Origin: Paecilomyces variotii
Lineage: Eukaryota
NCBI GenBank assembly: GCA_004022145.1
Contig: RCNU01000006.1
Strand: one strand, 5' to 3'
Length of the DNA stretch: 64,000 nucleotides
Below the pieces are notes generated by a model. The model made no database searches, was not told the DNA's origin, and worked only from the letters and a program-made list of their open reading frames with translations. A program made the translations under genes and the position numbers. Of the stretch, positions 23,027-36,248 are shown one piece after another. The first letter of the stretch is position 1, and each line of letters starts with the position of its first letter.

Positions 23027-24708
23027 TTATGTCCAGACACCAACTCTAGTTTCAAGTCTTCCGTCAACAGGCTGCAAATCATCAACAAGTTTGGTGATCG
23101 ATGATTTCTCTGATCTGACAATGTCTGTTTCGATGCTGCGCATAACAGACAGTTCTTCAAGCATCGATGCCAGCAGCTCTTGGTGGCCATTGGCAATTCG
23201 CAGCAGCGCAGAATTACCCAGCTGGTCGCGATCTGATTCCCCGCAGATGTCTAAGTTCTGTAGCTTCCTTAGGCACAAGTCAAGTCTAGCGCTTAGCACA
23301 TCAACTTCCTCCTTCCAAGTGCGGTCTAGAGGATCAAGGAAGTCGAAATCCCCCATGAACGTTGAGGATGTAGACGCTTGTTCACGGGCTTGCTTGACTT
23401 GAGCCGCATTCTCCATCCAGTCCTCGAAAACACGAACCACCTTAGGGTATCTCCCTTCGCGGGACTCTGTCATATCATTTACCTCTTGGACAACATGAGA
23501 GAGAGTCTGGATCTGTTCTGCGAAATCTTGACGGCTGGTATTTTTCGCGATATTCTCAGACCAATTGGCCAAAGCCAGGTAGTTCAATTCTCTTTGAATG
23601 GACTGCTCTTGAGCCAAGACGGAACGATAACTATCCGAGATAGAATTGTACATCTTGCTCAATTTCTTTTCAGATGTCGTCTTCCAATCCATGTTCTGTT
23701 GGTTGTAGGATGAATAAAAGAGGTGTAGTTGCAAAATCTCCGTCTGCAGAGCGGCGATATCTGATCGCGACGAAGGTATCATGAAGGAGTCCAGCTCTGT
23801 GGAAGCAGAGCTAGCCGCTGTCGTAGGTGTTGGGGGTTTCGTGTTCTTTTTGGGACTGTAATGCTGCTGGTATGTTGAGAATTGCGGTCGTGACCTTGCC
23901 AGTGAGACAGACGAAGCCGCATCGGACCTTGCAGGTAACTCATTTCTGGATGATGATGATGATGATGATGTTGTCACAACCTGGATACGGTGCCTTGCAT
24001 GCCCCCTACCAGCGGGTGGTTTAGCTGAGCTGGCGGTGGCCGGCTGCCGTAACGATGCGGATCTTGTGGGACGTGCAGGAGGAAGCATCTGCGATCTCTG
24101 AGGAGAGCCTGGATCAGTAGACTTAGAGGGAACATTGTCGGTTCTCAGTGTAGAAACAGCTCTGGGAGATGTTGTTTGCGATTTCGCCGGAGACGGTAGC
24201 CTGGGTAGGTTTGGAACAGCCGTTAACCCAGATTGGAGCGCTGTAGAAGCTTTTGACTCCCCAGTTTGTGCTGCGTTCTGACGTCGGGCCGCTGGAGAGG
24301 ATTCCTGAGGTTGTTCCCTGACCGGTTGTGCTAGACCAGGCCGCCGCAGTCGACTTTCCTGGCGCTGAAGCGACACTCCCTCTCCAGCACGTCCATTGGC
24401 CCTTTGTGAACTGCTGCGCTGCGGCAGAAGACTGTTTCTGGGCGCAGGAGCATCGTCCTTATTCACAGAAGAAGCATCCGTAGTCGAAGCAGTAGTGACA
24501 GTTGGCGACGACTTCCATTGCGTCTTAATTCTCTGGCTCCCCGGCCCGCCGGAAGCGTTCGTTGAATTCGATACCGGAGTCTTGATCGAACTCAATTTAG
24601 TCGTCGTCGGCCGTCCAATGTTGGATTCCTACAGGATCAAAGACGTTAGAACATCACATAATAATAAACAAAAACGCGTCTAAGACCCCTGTCGGGGACC
24701 GGAGCCAT
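23027..24708 (-). CDS. Ser/Pro/Arg-rich N-terminus plus coiled-coil C-terminus protein (possible augmin HAUS8-like)
   Basis: 522-aa ORF plus a probable short first exon MAPVPDRGLRR (weak donor, CTAAC branch, TAG acceptor). Confidence 0.7.
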
Positions 24709-25560
24709 CAGCACGGTGAGAAAGAGATCCGCTATCTTACCGACCTTTCTCTGACCAACGGTCGGCTCCCTCAGGGAGAGGGAGCGCGTAGGTATCGGCA
24801 TTCCTGATACGAAACGAACGTAGAGCGCATAGAAAATGCCACGGCTCCAAAAACAGCTGGTGATCAAAAAGATGAGCGATATCTCATAAGAATGCAATTG
24901 TTTCGGGGGTGGAGACGGTTCATCTCCAGGACCAGGTCATGATACCAAGCTATGGTAGGTCCTGCTAGACTACACCGCATTTAATCTCAACAAGCTTGGC
25001 GTGATGAAGATCGGGAAGTCCCCACCATTTGCCGCCTTGATCAGCCACAAACAAAGCCGAAAAGGAGTTGCCTTTGGAGTATGGTAGGCGCGCACGATGA
25101 ATGAATTGCAAATTGTTACTGGCACGGTCATTGAATTGCGATCGCTTTATGGAGTATGTCTACGCAAAAAGGGTTCATCAGGCACGCTACCTTTTGTTTG
25201 GGGCGTAAACAATAGAGTAAAACTATATATTTATACGTCTTTGTGATTTGTCGCCTTATGTGGTGGGATCAATATGAGCGCAATGAATCTAACCTTTGCT
25301 CCTGCTCCTGCTACAAGTATACATTATCTATTGAGGAAATGTGATTGCAAGAATCTGTATGGCAATTCGATTGGGTACGACAGCTGGTATTGATTTCCTT
25401 AAGACCGTAAAAGTTGACATGATTGAAACAGCGGAGATTTCCCCTCTCTCCCTCTTAACATAGCTGGTCCCTTTTTGTCTGTAGACACGTCACTGTTGGT
25501 AATGGAACATTCGTCAAGATCGGTGGGCTCGATACGCATAGCTGGGCTCCCGAATAGCCG

Positions 25561-26361
25561 TCACAGACTGCCTCGTCGTGGGAAGGACACGCCTTCTACG
25601 GCAGCATTGTCGGTGAACCAGTTCACCCTGTCTCCGGCACCAACGTTAACAAGACCGGATGGCAGACTGTGTCCTTCTTCCGTGTCGAATATCCTCCTCA
25701 GGATTTCCTTCTTGCCGCCGCCCGTGGCGACGAATGCAATGGACAACGCGTGCGTAACGACCGGAAGAGTCAGAGTAATTCTCTTTGGCGGCGGCTTGGG
25801 AGAGTTCGAGATGGCTGCAACCCATGCGTCCTTCTCACGGAGAAGTTCGTGGTCGGGGAATAGGGAACAAGTGTGGCCGTCCGGACCACAGCCCAAGAGG
25901 ATGAGATCGAACACGGGAAGCTTGACACTGTCCTTGGCTGCGAATGATCGCATCAGTTCCTCCTGGTACAAATCCGCAACCTCCTGGGGATCATCATCAC
26001 GGACATGCTCCGGGTCGATCGTGTGAACTCTGGGCTGTCCCAGCTCAGCAGGAATCTTGTCTAGCAGCTCATCCTTAATCAGACGATAATTGCTGTCCGG
26101 GTGGTCGAGTGGCACGACGCGCTCATCGGCAAAGAATATATCCCATTTGGTAAATTGGGGCGTGTCGTCTGGAGTACCGTTGCCGGGCGCCAGAAGGGCT
26201 TTGGCCAAGGTGTTCGGTAGAGAGCCGCCCGAGACAGCTAGCCTGAAGCTGCCATGGCGCGTAATGGCAGCGTTCTGGTTGTTCAAGACATACGTCCTGA
26301 GTTGCTTCGCCAGAGAATCGGTGTCTGAGAAGCTAAACAGCTTGGGTGGTGCGCCCGCCAT
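25561..26361 (-). CDS. 6-phosphogluconolactonase (Sol family)
   Basis: LAVSGGSLP, FFADERVVPLDHPDSNY, FDLILLGCGPDGHTCSLFP, SPKPPPKRITLTLP. Confidence 0.95.
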   Translation of the reverse strand: MAGAPPKLFSFSDTDSLAKQLRTYVLNNQNAAITRHGSFRLAVSGGSLPNTLAKALLAPGNGTPDDTPQFTKWDIFFADERVVPLDHPDSNYRLIKDELLDKIPAELGQPRVHTIDPEHVRDDDPQEVADLYQEELMRSFAAKDSVKLPVFDLILLGCGPDGHTCSLFPDHELLREKDAWVAAISNSPKPPPKRITLTLPVVTHALSIAFVATGGGKKEILRRIFDTEEGHSLPSGLVNVGAGDRVNWFTDNAAVEGVSFPRRGSL

Positions 26362-29300
26362 TGTGAGCGTTGGAGTCAGTTGAGGTGTCGTGAAAGTGTC
26401 GGCGGGGTAGCGGGGTAAGGATGGTGGTTGATTCCTCACGATCGATCTCTCGCAACGGCAAGCCGAAAGTGATGCAAGAAGCGCGCTGAGATCGCGGTAA
26501 TTGAGTTGGACTGTCTCCCAATGACGGACTGGACCTCGTTGCGATGGGAAGACAGCTCGCTGTCAGTACAGATAAGGTCAAGAAGCCTTCAGCCGGTGTC
26601 AGAAGCTCGTGGAAAGAGCATGGTGGGACCGCAGCTTGAGATCATTCATTACTCCCTTATCCGTCACCTGAAACAGCATTCTTGGTCAGCATCGAGCTCC
26701 AGAGAGCCCACGCTTAACCATCATGACGTTGCTCACGAATCCTGGCCCCTGGAACAGACGATAAGTGCTTCTGGATGGCGAATAATAAGGGCCATTGTCG
26801 ACTACCGCCCGCCAACGACGGATGTGCGCTGTGCACGTTCCATCCTTAATTATGCTCAGTATTATCTCACTGCCACTTCAGTTCTGTTCTGCCAGTTGAC
26901 ATGCTAGGAAATCTAGTGATCCATGGAAGAATCCGGCGCGAGGAGAAGCAGAGGAAGAAGTAACCGTCCATGCTCTCCGGGGACCAGCAGATCTCACGGG
27001 AGATAAGTAAAAGCTGGTCTGCCGCCTCGCGACCAGACTTTCCCCACAAGCCACCAGTTGCAGATTTATCGGAGAAAAATCAACTGGATTGCCCAAGAGT
27101 AATTACCCGCTTGGGTTAAGTGAAAAGGGAGAACGGGGGATGCTATAACTATGTGAAACGGTCTCTACTTTCTGACCGGGCTTGAACTATTATATGTGGG
27201 CTTCTCTCATAGCTAGAGTCCGTCCCTTACTACTTGGTTCTCTGGTGTCTGGCACTTGAAAAGACGAAACTCTCAAGTTGTTTTGCGGTCTGGGTGGAGT
27301 CGTACTCTATCTAGATCGACGACTCTTCTTCCCCTGCCTGCGAAGAGGTCAACGGCGCGGGGCTCCAGGATTTCGACATGTTTTGATCATGGAAAAAGCG
27401 TCCATGCGTCCATGCAACGAGCTCATTTCGGCCATCCACTAAGATTAAAGCCTCTATCCGCCGGCCATTTAGACCTTGGAGCTAAGTGAGATCTGCGATT
27501 CACAGATAACGGCACCCCTTCCTGCATCTCAGGAATCAAGCCGCTTCGGTGATTTGCGAAGGCGTCCATGTTGCAGCAGTAGTCGGAAGGGAGAGGGAGA
27601 GAGAGCCAGGTTCACATGCGGAGAACGCATGTAGATAGACGTCATTGCCAAGTCGACTGCTTCGATACGGGGAATCTGATAGCAGAGTAAACAATCCATC
27701 TCTCGAGTCGGAGGGGCGAAGACCGTGGCATGTGCCTGGTTGTTTGATTATAGAGTAACTACCAGCAGGGAATTCGAAAAAAAGAAAAAAAAAATTGTCT
27801 GATATCACTATTACCAGAGGGTAATGGTGCTCATGGAACTTGGAGCCGGATGTGGATGCCAGGTTATATTGACAGGAGCTTGCATCACTCCGCTACGCCA
27901 ACCCACCTGTGAGAGTGGTGTATAGAGGACAAAGCCTTTTTTGTTCGGCGGTCAGATATTGCGCGTGGCGGATTGCGATTTCTGGGATGAGGCCAGTACA
28001 AGTTGGCAGGTAAAAGGAGCCGACAGGAAGTGATTGCTCGTAGCTAAGTATACAAGCAACGTCGTAAGAAGATAACGACGCTTTCCCCAGTCTACTTCAT
28101 ATCGGCGATCCCTTCCAGCGAAGCAGCGCTGAGATGTGCCTGGGATAAACTCGGGGAGGCAAAAGGCGGCGAGCGTATCGGCACGCACTCCCGGGACCAA
28201 TTGGGCGGCCGGGCCAGCACTGCAGGCCAGCCCAAAGGCAACGAACGGCCGCCTGAAATTTCCAGGGCGACAGCCAGATGGGCTAAACGCCACGGACAGC
28301 TAGGCTGGGTGATTGGTTCCACCCCGGGACTGCAGTTCATTTCAATTTTCAGGCGTGTTCGCGACGAGGGAACTACTAAGTTATGTAGGGATGGAGCCCT
28401 GAGAAGAATATCAACAAGCCACTCAGCGGGTCAAACGGATGGATATGCTGAGTCTGAAACGTAGTTTCATTTTAGAGCCAGCATGTTGTAGTATGAGGAT
28501 CTCGGTCTTTTCAACATCTGGCTGATCAGAATGGATGATCTCGATCATCGCCGGCTGTATTTTATTATCTCCGTTTTTATTTTTTTATTTTTTTTCGCAG
28601 CAAGACCAGGGAGTCGAGGACGTTATCTGCCCAAGTTCGACCGCAGTGGAGCAGGGGAGGGGCAGCACCGCCAGCTTGGAGCGCAATTTAATGAAGGCTC
28701 AGCCCGGCGCTCAGATCTTTCTGGGATGAGTAAGATCAGTTGTGCGCTCGGTTGCAGGTGAACTACTACTATTATTTATGGAGTAATTCATTCTGAAGTG
28801 TCTGATTCTTGGGGTCATGGCGCCCAGACCAGTCATGACCGGACCGTCGCTAGAGTCGTTTACGGACCACTGGCCATCGCGGGTTATCCAACCTGGGCAC
28901 GGGGGTGAATGGTGATGCCAACGACATTGGCCCTGTTCCTGAGCGCCAGACGAATCGACAAATCGACCGGCGTTGACGATCAGCTGGCCACGACGTGCCT
29001 GTCAACCTTGAACGAAGGGTCTGGTGATGACGACACGACCGGCTCGCCGGTGATGCGACAAGCGGGCATCGCTCAGCCTGCAAGGAGCGCGATCTGGCTG
29101 GTCAGGAGGTCGAATTCGGAATGGAAGCGATGTAGTCGCCTTAGGGTCGTAGAAACCATGATCTCGGATGGCCGATGTGCTCCTCTGCCCATGGTTACCG
29201 CGGGTGGATAACTGAGCCCACCTAGTCTAACTAATAATACTACTCAGTAAGCCTTAAACTCCGTCCCCATTATTCCCCCAGTGTCCGTTTATCTCTCATG

Positions 29301-29539
29301 ATTGTCCGGCACATCCGTCCTGACCACTTTATTTGAGCCGTCCTGAAGGCTGTCGATGTGGATATAATCTCCTGTTTGCCTCCTGTTCTTATATAGCCCC
29401 GTCGCCATCCCCAACTGCGCTGTGTCTTCTGAACGGTTTCTGCCTGACATACACACACACATAACTACCATACTAAGAAGAGAACCGCTGAACGCGCGCC
29501 CAACGCCCCTCTTAGTTTCTCTCAACCCGTTGGGAATAC

Positions 29540-29580
29540 AAAAAGGAACAAAAGGAACAAAGGAACAAAGGAACAAAAAA
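29540..29580 (+). repeat. Short tandem repeat (AAAGGAAC)n in 5' leader
   Basis: Four AAA(A)GGAAC units followed by an A run. Confidence 0.8.
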
Positions 29581-29707
29581 AAAAAGAAGAAGAAGAAGGC
29601 GACAACCCATTGGAATCGACTCGACTCTTGCAAGACCTTTGTTTTTCTCTCCTCCCCGCGACACTCACCTACGGAGAACATCCCTCATCCTCGTCGCACA
29701 AGCCACA

Positions 29708-29941
29708 ATGAGCTCTCCATCGATTCAAATACAACCTCAGGCCACCAACGGCGCTGAGAGCCTGACACCACGATCCTCCTCAGAGGCCTCAGCAGCAATT
29801 GCCTCGTTCGACATTGTTCGCTGTTCCAGATGTCAACGATCGCTCAGCCTGGAAAATGCATCCTCTCCAGGCGTGGTGCGGTTCGGCATGAATTCTTACT
29901 ACTGCAGCCGCTGCGCTTCCATGGTGGGGTTCAACCGATGA
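29708..29941 (+). CDS. 77-aa micro-protein with CxxC...CxxC zinc-finger-like motif
   Basis: CACAATG start context; VRCSRCQRSLS...VRFGMNSYYCSRCA; TATA-like TATATAA/TATATAG at ~29362 and ~29390. Confidence 0.7.
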   Translation: MSSPSIQIQPQATNGAESLTPRSSSEASAAIASFDIVRCSRCQRSLSLENASSPGVVRFGMNSYYCSRCASMVGFNR

Positions 29942-32900
29942 GACGGTGCGCTTTTTTTTTGAGGCACAGCACCAAACGACCACCCAACCCTCAAGAAAGC
30001 CCCGATGCAGCATTCTTTTGACCACAGTCTTAAGCTACAAGACCCGAGTCCCATCAAACTTGTTGACCCTAAAGCACGACGCTAGTGGCACTGTTTGCGG
30101 ACAATCTGCGAATCCCGCGATGACACGACACTCAAGAGAGAAAAAGAGAACACCTTGGAAACGAAGTGACTACTCTAGTCAAGATCTCGTGGGCGCAAGA
30201 CCCACGACGCTTTTTCGACATGCGTGCTTCGAACGCAATCCACGATTCTATGGGCCCTTATCATTCGCTGGGCATCACCTTCACCTCATCTGAAAGAAGA
30301 ACATGAATACACGAACATCAATGGCGCGGGGCGCACAATATGTATCAACTGCGGAATGGTCACTCCCTTGAGGTCGTGGGTATTCCGGAATGCACCAGCT
30401 GGGGACTGAGCAGGACTCGTCCAACATATGTTTTTGGAGAATTTTTTTTATCTTTGGCGCGTGAAATTTTCTACTGTTGCATGGTTCATGAGCGGGATTT
30501 AGCGATCGGTTATTGACATTGTTTCTGTTTTTATATATACCTGTTGAGCGATATGCATGCATTGGTCCGTTCCAGAATGGGCCGACTGGGGTTTCTGTTT
30601 TTATGTGTTTCCATGGTTCATGTTCCTGTTAAATCTATCCTCGTATCGGGAATGATTCAGATGTTTGTGATAAATCTCTTTCGCAAGATTTGAGAGATCT
30701 TCTACGCTGTCCGGACCGTTGGATCCCTAGCTCGATATGCACTTTTGAGATACCCCATACCCCTGGTCACTGAGAAACAGTGCATGGACGGCGTTATACT
30801 ACTATGGTTATTTTGCCTCTTTCAACAACCCTCGAGTATACCGAATTGTAACCGTCTCTTTGCGTCATGAGTATATGTCTCGCATACTATAGTCCAATCT
30901 CTCTGAACTTTGTAATCAGCCCTATGCCCGCAACGCTGACTTCATCACCGCCGCGTCAAGGCCACACGTAATCAAAGCCGCAAACGCCACATGTGTGACT
31001 GTGCAATGCTTACCGCATATCTCGACTGGGATTCTCTCTCTGCACGATTCGAAACAGATGTTCTATGCTGGGGCCTAGAATTGCGCATGGAGAAAGTTTC
31101 CATGCATTCCTGCTTGCTGGCTTTGCCCTCTCTGGCGGTCCCAAGCATCTGCGCCCGGCGGTATGAGCATAGCCATTCCTAGGTACTTACTTCGCCTCAT
31201 CGACCTGGGCTCGTGCTTCTTCCTGTCCACGGATCATAAGGCGCTTTCACCGACGGTTTTTCGGAAAGCCATGTCATGATTCCACGATGTTTGCCTAGGG
31301 TCGAGACCCAGAGCATCGGGACCGTTGGGCTTCACCACAACTTCGTGCCGGGCAACAAGGCTGCAGGTACGCAAACACCAAAGAGACGGTGTGACTACGT
31401 ACTAGATACTGTGACTACGGAGTACAGCTTAGGCAGTTCACGAAGGAAAAATTTTTTGTTTTTATTTTTATCTAATTATTTTTTTTTTACTTTGGTGCCT
31501 GGTCCTTTTCCCTCACCCGATCGCAAACATCGAGATCCTCCAATGTCGTTTACGGGTCGACGCGATCCGGAAACGAGCAGGGCTGGTGCATACGGCTGAG
31601 TCAGAGACTCCCAGTCCCTGGATATACATACCCAGGTAACATAACTCCTTATCACAAGGAAAGGCGTAAAGTCTCTCGTGTTTAACCCAGGCTTCTAAGT
31701 TTTTCTTTTGCCACTCAGGTACGCCCCAAAAGCAGCGCTAACTAACTCATACTTTCAGTTCCGCCAAAACCCAAGCCTAACCCGGTATCCCGCACGTTCC
31801 AGACTTTTCAGAGCTCGAATCTTCGAGCGTTCTCTGCGGAATAATAATGACCAAGGGAAAGAAAATCTTTATTTTTCTGCAACTTTCCCTGCAGCTCGTG
31901 TAGCTGACCGTTGGTTACTAAGGAGATCCAGGCAAGACATAACTTTGTTGCGCAAGTCTCGGTTGGGGAAATTGCTGGAAATGTTGGTTCCCCTTTAGCT
32001 CCATACTGTACTGCTAGTCTGCTACTAAGTCGTTAGTGGAGAGCTCGGCCGGGTACCGGCGAAGTTACCCTAAGTCAGCTCATGCCTTATGGATGCATGC
32101 ACAACTTTGGTAAGTCTTCTAGACAGTACGAGAAGGAAGCAGTACCATGATAATAATCGTAAGTCTATGGTAAAGGAATGTCATATGATGGCGAATAAGG
32201 AGCATCACCGAATACTTACCATAGTTTCATAGTATAGTACACACGCCAATTCGCTATTTTAGTTGCTCGTGATTGCTTGTTCATGGATTTTCACAACCGC
32301 GAGCATCCGAGTCGCGATCTTTTTGTAGTACTAACTATTCTACGGAGTATGTATTACATACTGCTTTAGCTTCAATTATCCCGCGTTATTTGAGAACTCG
32401 TGTTTGAGTCAACAGATAATAATTCTAATCTAGTCGCTTCCATCCATAGCTGGTGTCCACTGTCTGTAGATCCAGACACCAATATACTCTTCACCCTTAC
32501 CATCTCATCCTAGTTAACGTTATCAAAAAGGCAAAATAATAACTCCCCCTTATTATTTCCCTCAAAGATTCGACGTCCAAAACCGTCAAAGACATTTCTG
32601 TCGATCCCCGCGTCGGAGAAACAAACGCACGTGCATACATACATACATACATAAAATGTCAGACATTCGAGAAAAAAAAGGGATCATGAACCTTATTTAG
32701 ATCCAGTCCTAGAATTCTTCTAGAAGGGAGCGACATTTGGGGCAAAACCCACAGACGATCATCCTGCACACAAAATTGAAAAAAGAGCCCGCCCACCCAG
32801 AGGACCTATCTACTCTAGTTCAGCCCACTATCTGCTCTAGATATGTTTCTGTTGTTTTGCAAACGGAAAGGAAGGGCGGCGCGCGTGTCACTTCTAAGTT

Positions 32901-35900
32901 CTTGGGGGGAATGCAGATCCCGCACGAGCAACCCTGAGGCTGGGGGAATACCAAAAGGAGATCGAATCGGACCCATCGAGGCCGAGACAGGCATAGATAC
33001 ACTGGTCCTGTCACTCTGGTAGATAGTGCTAATCTCGATAGTAGTGCAAGTGCAAGTGATAGTCTGCGGTTCTTCGCGCGAAAGCAGCAATAATGATACT
33101 GAAATTTGGATCTCCAGCTTACCAACTTTCAACGTGGAGACTTGACTTCAACAACATTCTTCTGCTACGCTATTCCTTATATAGGATCAATAATAATTAA
33201 TACGCATGTACCCTCGTTTAAGAAAAAGGAGCTCATTGCGTGGTGATACAAACGGCAGGAGACCACAGGCACAGGGCCTTCGTCCTACTTTGGAGTATCG
33301 ACGCTACAGTCAGGAACGCTGAGATGCTGAGATGACTAGGTTACACGAGCCAGGAACCTTCTCGTTCCGGTAGATGATCCCGGAACTCATCAGATTCCTA
33401 ATAGGAGTGACAGCTGCTGCACTTGCGACACAGGATAGAGTCTGTTTATCTTGAAGCTGTTCAGCCAATAGCTAACTGCTACAATACTAGAGGGATAAGA
33501 GCCTACGGAACCCAAAGTGACAAGCCTTTCGTATAGTAGAGCTATCTATACCGCGATACTACGATCATAAACTGAATGTCAAACTGACCATTGTTGTACG
33601 GCCCGTCCTGATGCGGGATCTTCTCGTTCACAGTGGTAAATCGAGATCGTACCTAATCGGGGGATCACTCCGGCACCGCCGCAATCGTGACAGCGGGAAG
33701 TTTCCTACTGTATCAGATTGACTGTATGAGAGTCTTCTGTACAGCCTCCACCGAAGAGATCACTTCGCACTTCTCCGAGGACAGGGTCCAAGGTGTCAGA
33801 CCGCGGCCACGGCGCCTATCTGCTGTGCGCCATTCAGCCTCGACAGCTTCTGCCAGTTTAGCGCAAGGGCTTGTGTGATGCTCCACGGTTTTGGACGGAC
33901 GATACCCTGGACAATCTTACGAGGCGTGAGATTGATGATTTTATCCAACCATAAGTGGTTTTCAGGTACCAGTTCCTGGACGGCATCCCCATGAGCTGAA
34001 ACGGTCTCCAGATCCGTATGCAGCGCAGATCCCGAGCCAAGGAGCAGAAATTCTCACTAAGATGGCGGAATGTGAGATTCGATATCGCTAGTATAGTTCC
34101 CTCCACTTGCTGGACCGGGGTACTCGACGCTACAGACCGACAGTGAACTAACTAATCCAAGATTCGCACACCCGATCGATCACTATTTACAGGGTTGCAT
34201 TTTGCAGGCTCTCTTACTTCACATTTTTGAAATGATAGCATGAATTAGCTTCTCTGCCAGAACCCGTTCTAAGAACTGTGTATAAATAACTCCTCGAGGC
34301 CATAGCGGTTTGCGCCACCCTTGCTGGTAACTAATGAGACTAAGCTTGGGTTTCTGTGCTACTGCCAAGTCTGCTTCCTGAGCACTCCTTCCAATCGCGG
34401 CGGTTTTGACCCTGCTCAACGTACGGAGCACTAAGCGCTGCGAAGTGCGATGCTATATGACACCTCACACGCGTTGATTATTCTAGCGCTCATGTCTCTC
34501 ATCTCTCAGGGATTCCCTTGACAATGATCGATCGACGATCGCAATGATCTGCGTTTCCCAAAGCATGGACTATCGCGGCTTTATCATCGGAGTCTTCGGT
34601 TGATCAAGGGGCCCGGCGGCAAGAAACTACAGGTGTCATTCCTTCGAATCCACGACCATTTTAGAGTACAGCTACGGGCCTACGCTTGCCGGTTTCTACT
34701 CTGTCACTGTCTGGGAGCCTGGGCCGAGATCATTACAGACTATTTTAAGAGCATTTCCAGTGATCCTTTGATCGATACCGCACAATCCAAGGCGAACAAA
34801 AAAAGAAAAGAGAAAGAAAGAAAGAAAGGAAAAGGAAATAACAAACGCTCTGACCGCTCACCCACCTTGCAGCTGCTGATAAAACTTCGGCCCATTGCAG
34901 TGTCAGACAGGAGTGGCCCACCTGTCATGGCGCTTGCTACTCCTTGAGTCCTTGCAAGCCACATCCGCCGAACTTAAGGTGTACGCCAGTCCATCATCTT
35001 CTTCAAATACTTGGGCTGTATAGCCCTAATCTGCGATTTGCTACCATACAACCGGTACATGTAACCATAGCAAAAGGAGTCCCGGTACTCCCAGAATTGC
35101 CAAATTGGCTCGCTTCAGTACTTTGGACGGATGGAGTAACTACAGCAGAAACTGTACGTAACCGAGAATACCTCGAGACGGACCAGCTAGTGATATGAGC
35201 ATTGTACCGAAATGACAAAGCCAAGGTCCGCAGATCTCTCCGGAACATGCGATGCAACCAGGGGCAGCGCAGTTTACTACTTTGCACTGCTGCGAGGAAA
35301 AGCTAGCAAATACCTGCAAATCATCCGGGGCCATAGCACACCCAGCGGGGTGACTTACATGATGCGAAGGAAGTCGGGAGGAAAGGAAGAGAATGCATCA
35401 CTCATCTCCCTTCTCCATGATGATCCTATCGGCTTCGACCCTTTATTATTCGCCGAAGGAGTGATCTGTGGCTTTCCCGCGCTGGCGCTGCGACGTATCT
35501 CCAGCCTCAGCCATCTGGCCCTTTCCGGGGATCTTGCCCGCAGTGACAAATAGTATGATACCCGTCAGGTGGGACCATTGACAGCATGCAGAGCTGGGTT
35601 TAATGTTTCCTTTTCTTTGTATACCTCTAAGGCCATGTCTCTGTGGTATGTCTTCGATCGCTTCATCCCCAAATAATCTCTAACATCTCACACATCATTC
35701 CCGAAGTAGCTTCAAACGGCCAACAGGCCCATACATAGTACAAGCCGGAATTTCTAGCCCCTTTAACAATCTCTGCTTCACACCCACTGGATTATCGGCT
35801 AGCAGCGTTGGACATAGCAGACTTATTGTCTGCGTTCCCTCGCCGCCTGTTTCGCCAAGCTGTCATGCTCTTCGTTACCTCTTTATGATTACCGTCCATG

Positions 35901-36248
35901 AAACAAGCGACTTCATCCAACACCGGGACCCGTCTTCGACCTTTCCTCCTTTCATTTCTGGTTCGGTGCTGCGGTTATATACCTCCGTCGGTGAGCATTA
36001 AACAAGCGGTCAAACAGCAAGCAGCTCTGGAACTTAGCACCTCATGAGGTTATTCCCCCTTTGCGTGTGATACCCAGACGCAGGTTTTCCAAATTTGCCT
36101 CGTATCTCAAGTAGCACAAAAGCAACCTTTGTTGTCTCTGTCTCCTAAACCAAGATCACCAATTTGTTATCCAGGACTGAGTTCTGACTTTCCTTTGCTG
36201 CATATTAGTGTCGACGTGGAGTCTATCAGAAAACAACCAGCGGACGCT

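Noticed and set aside
25329-25563. Stop-codon readthrough or cryptic PTS1 in 6-phosphogluconolactonase (TGA CGG context)
   Set aside because: The extension ends in FPQ*, not a PTS1, and the native GSL terminus is non-canonical.
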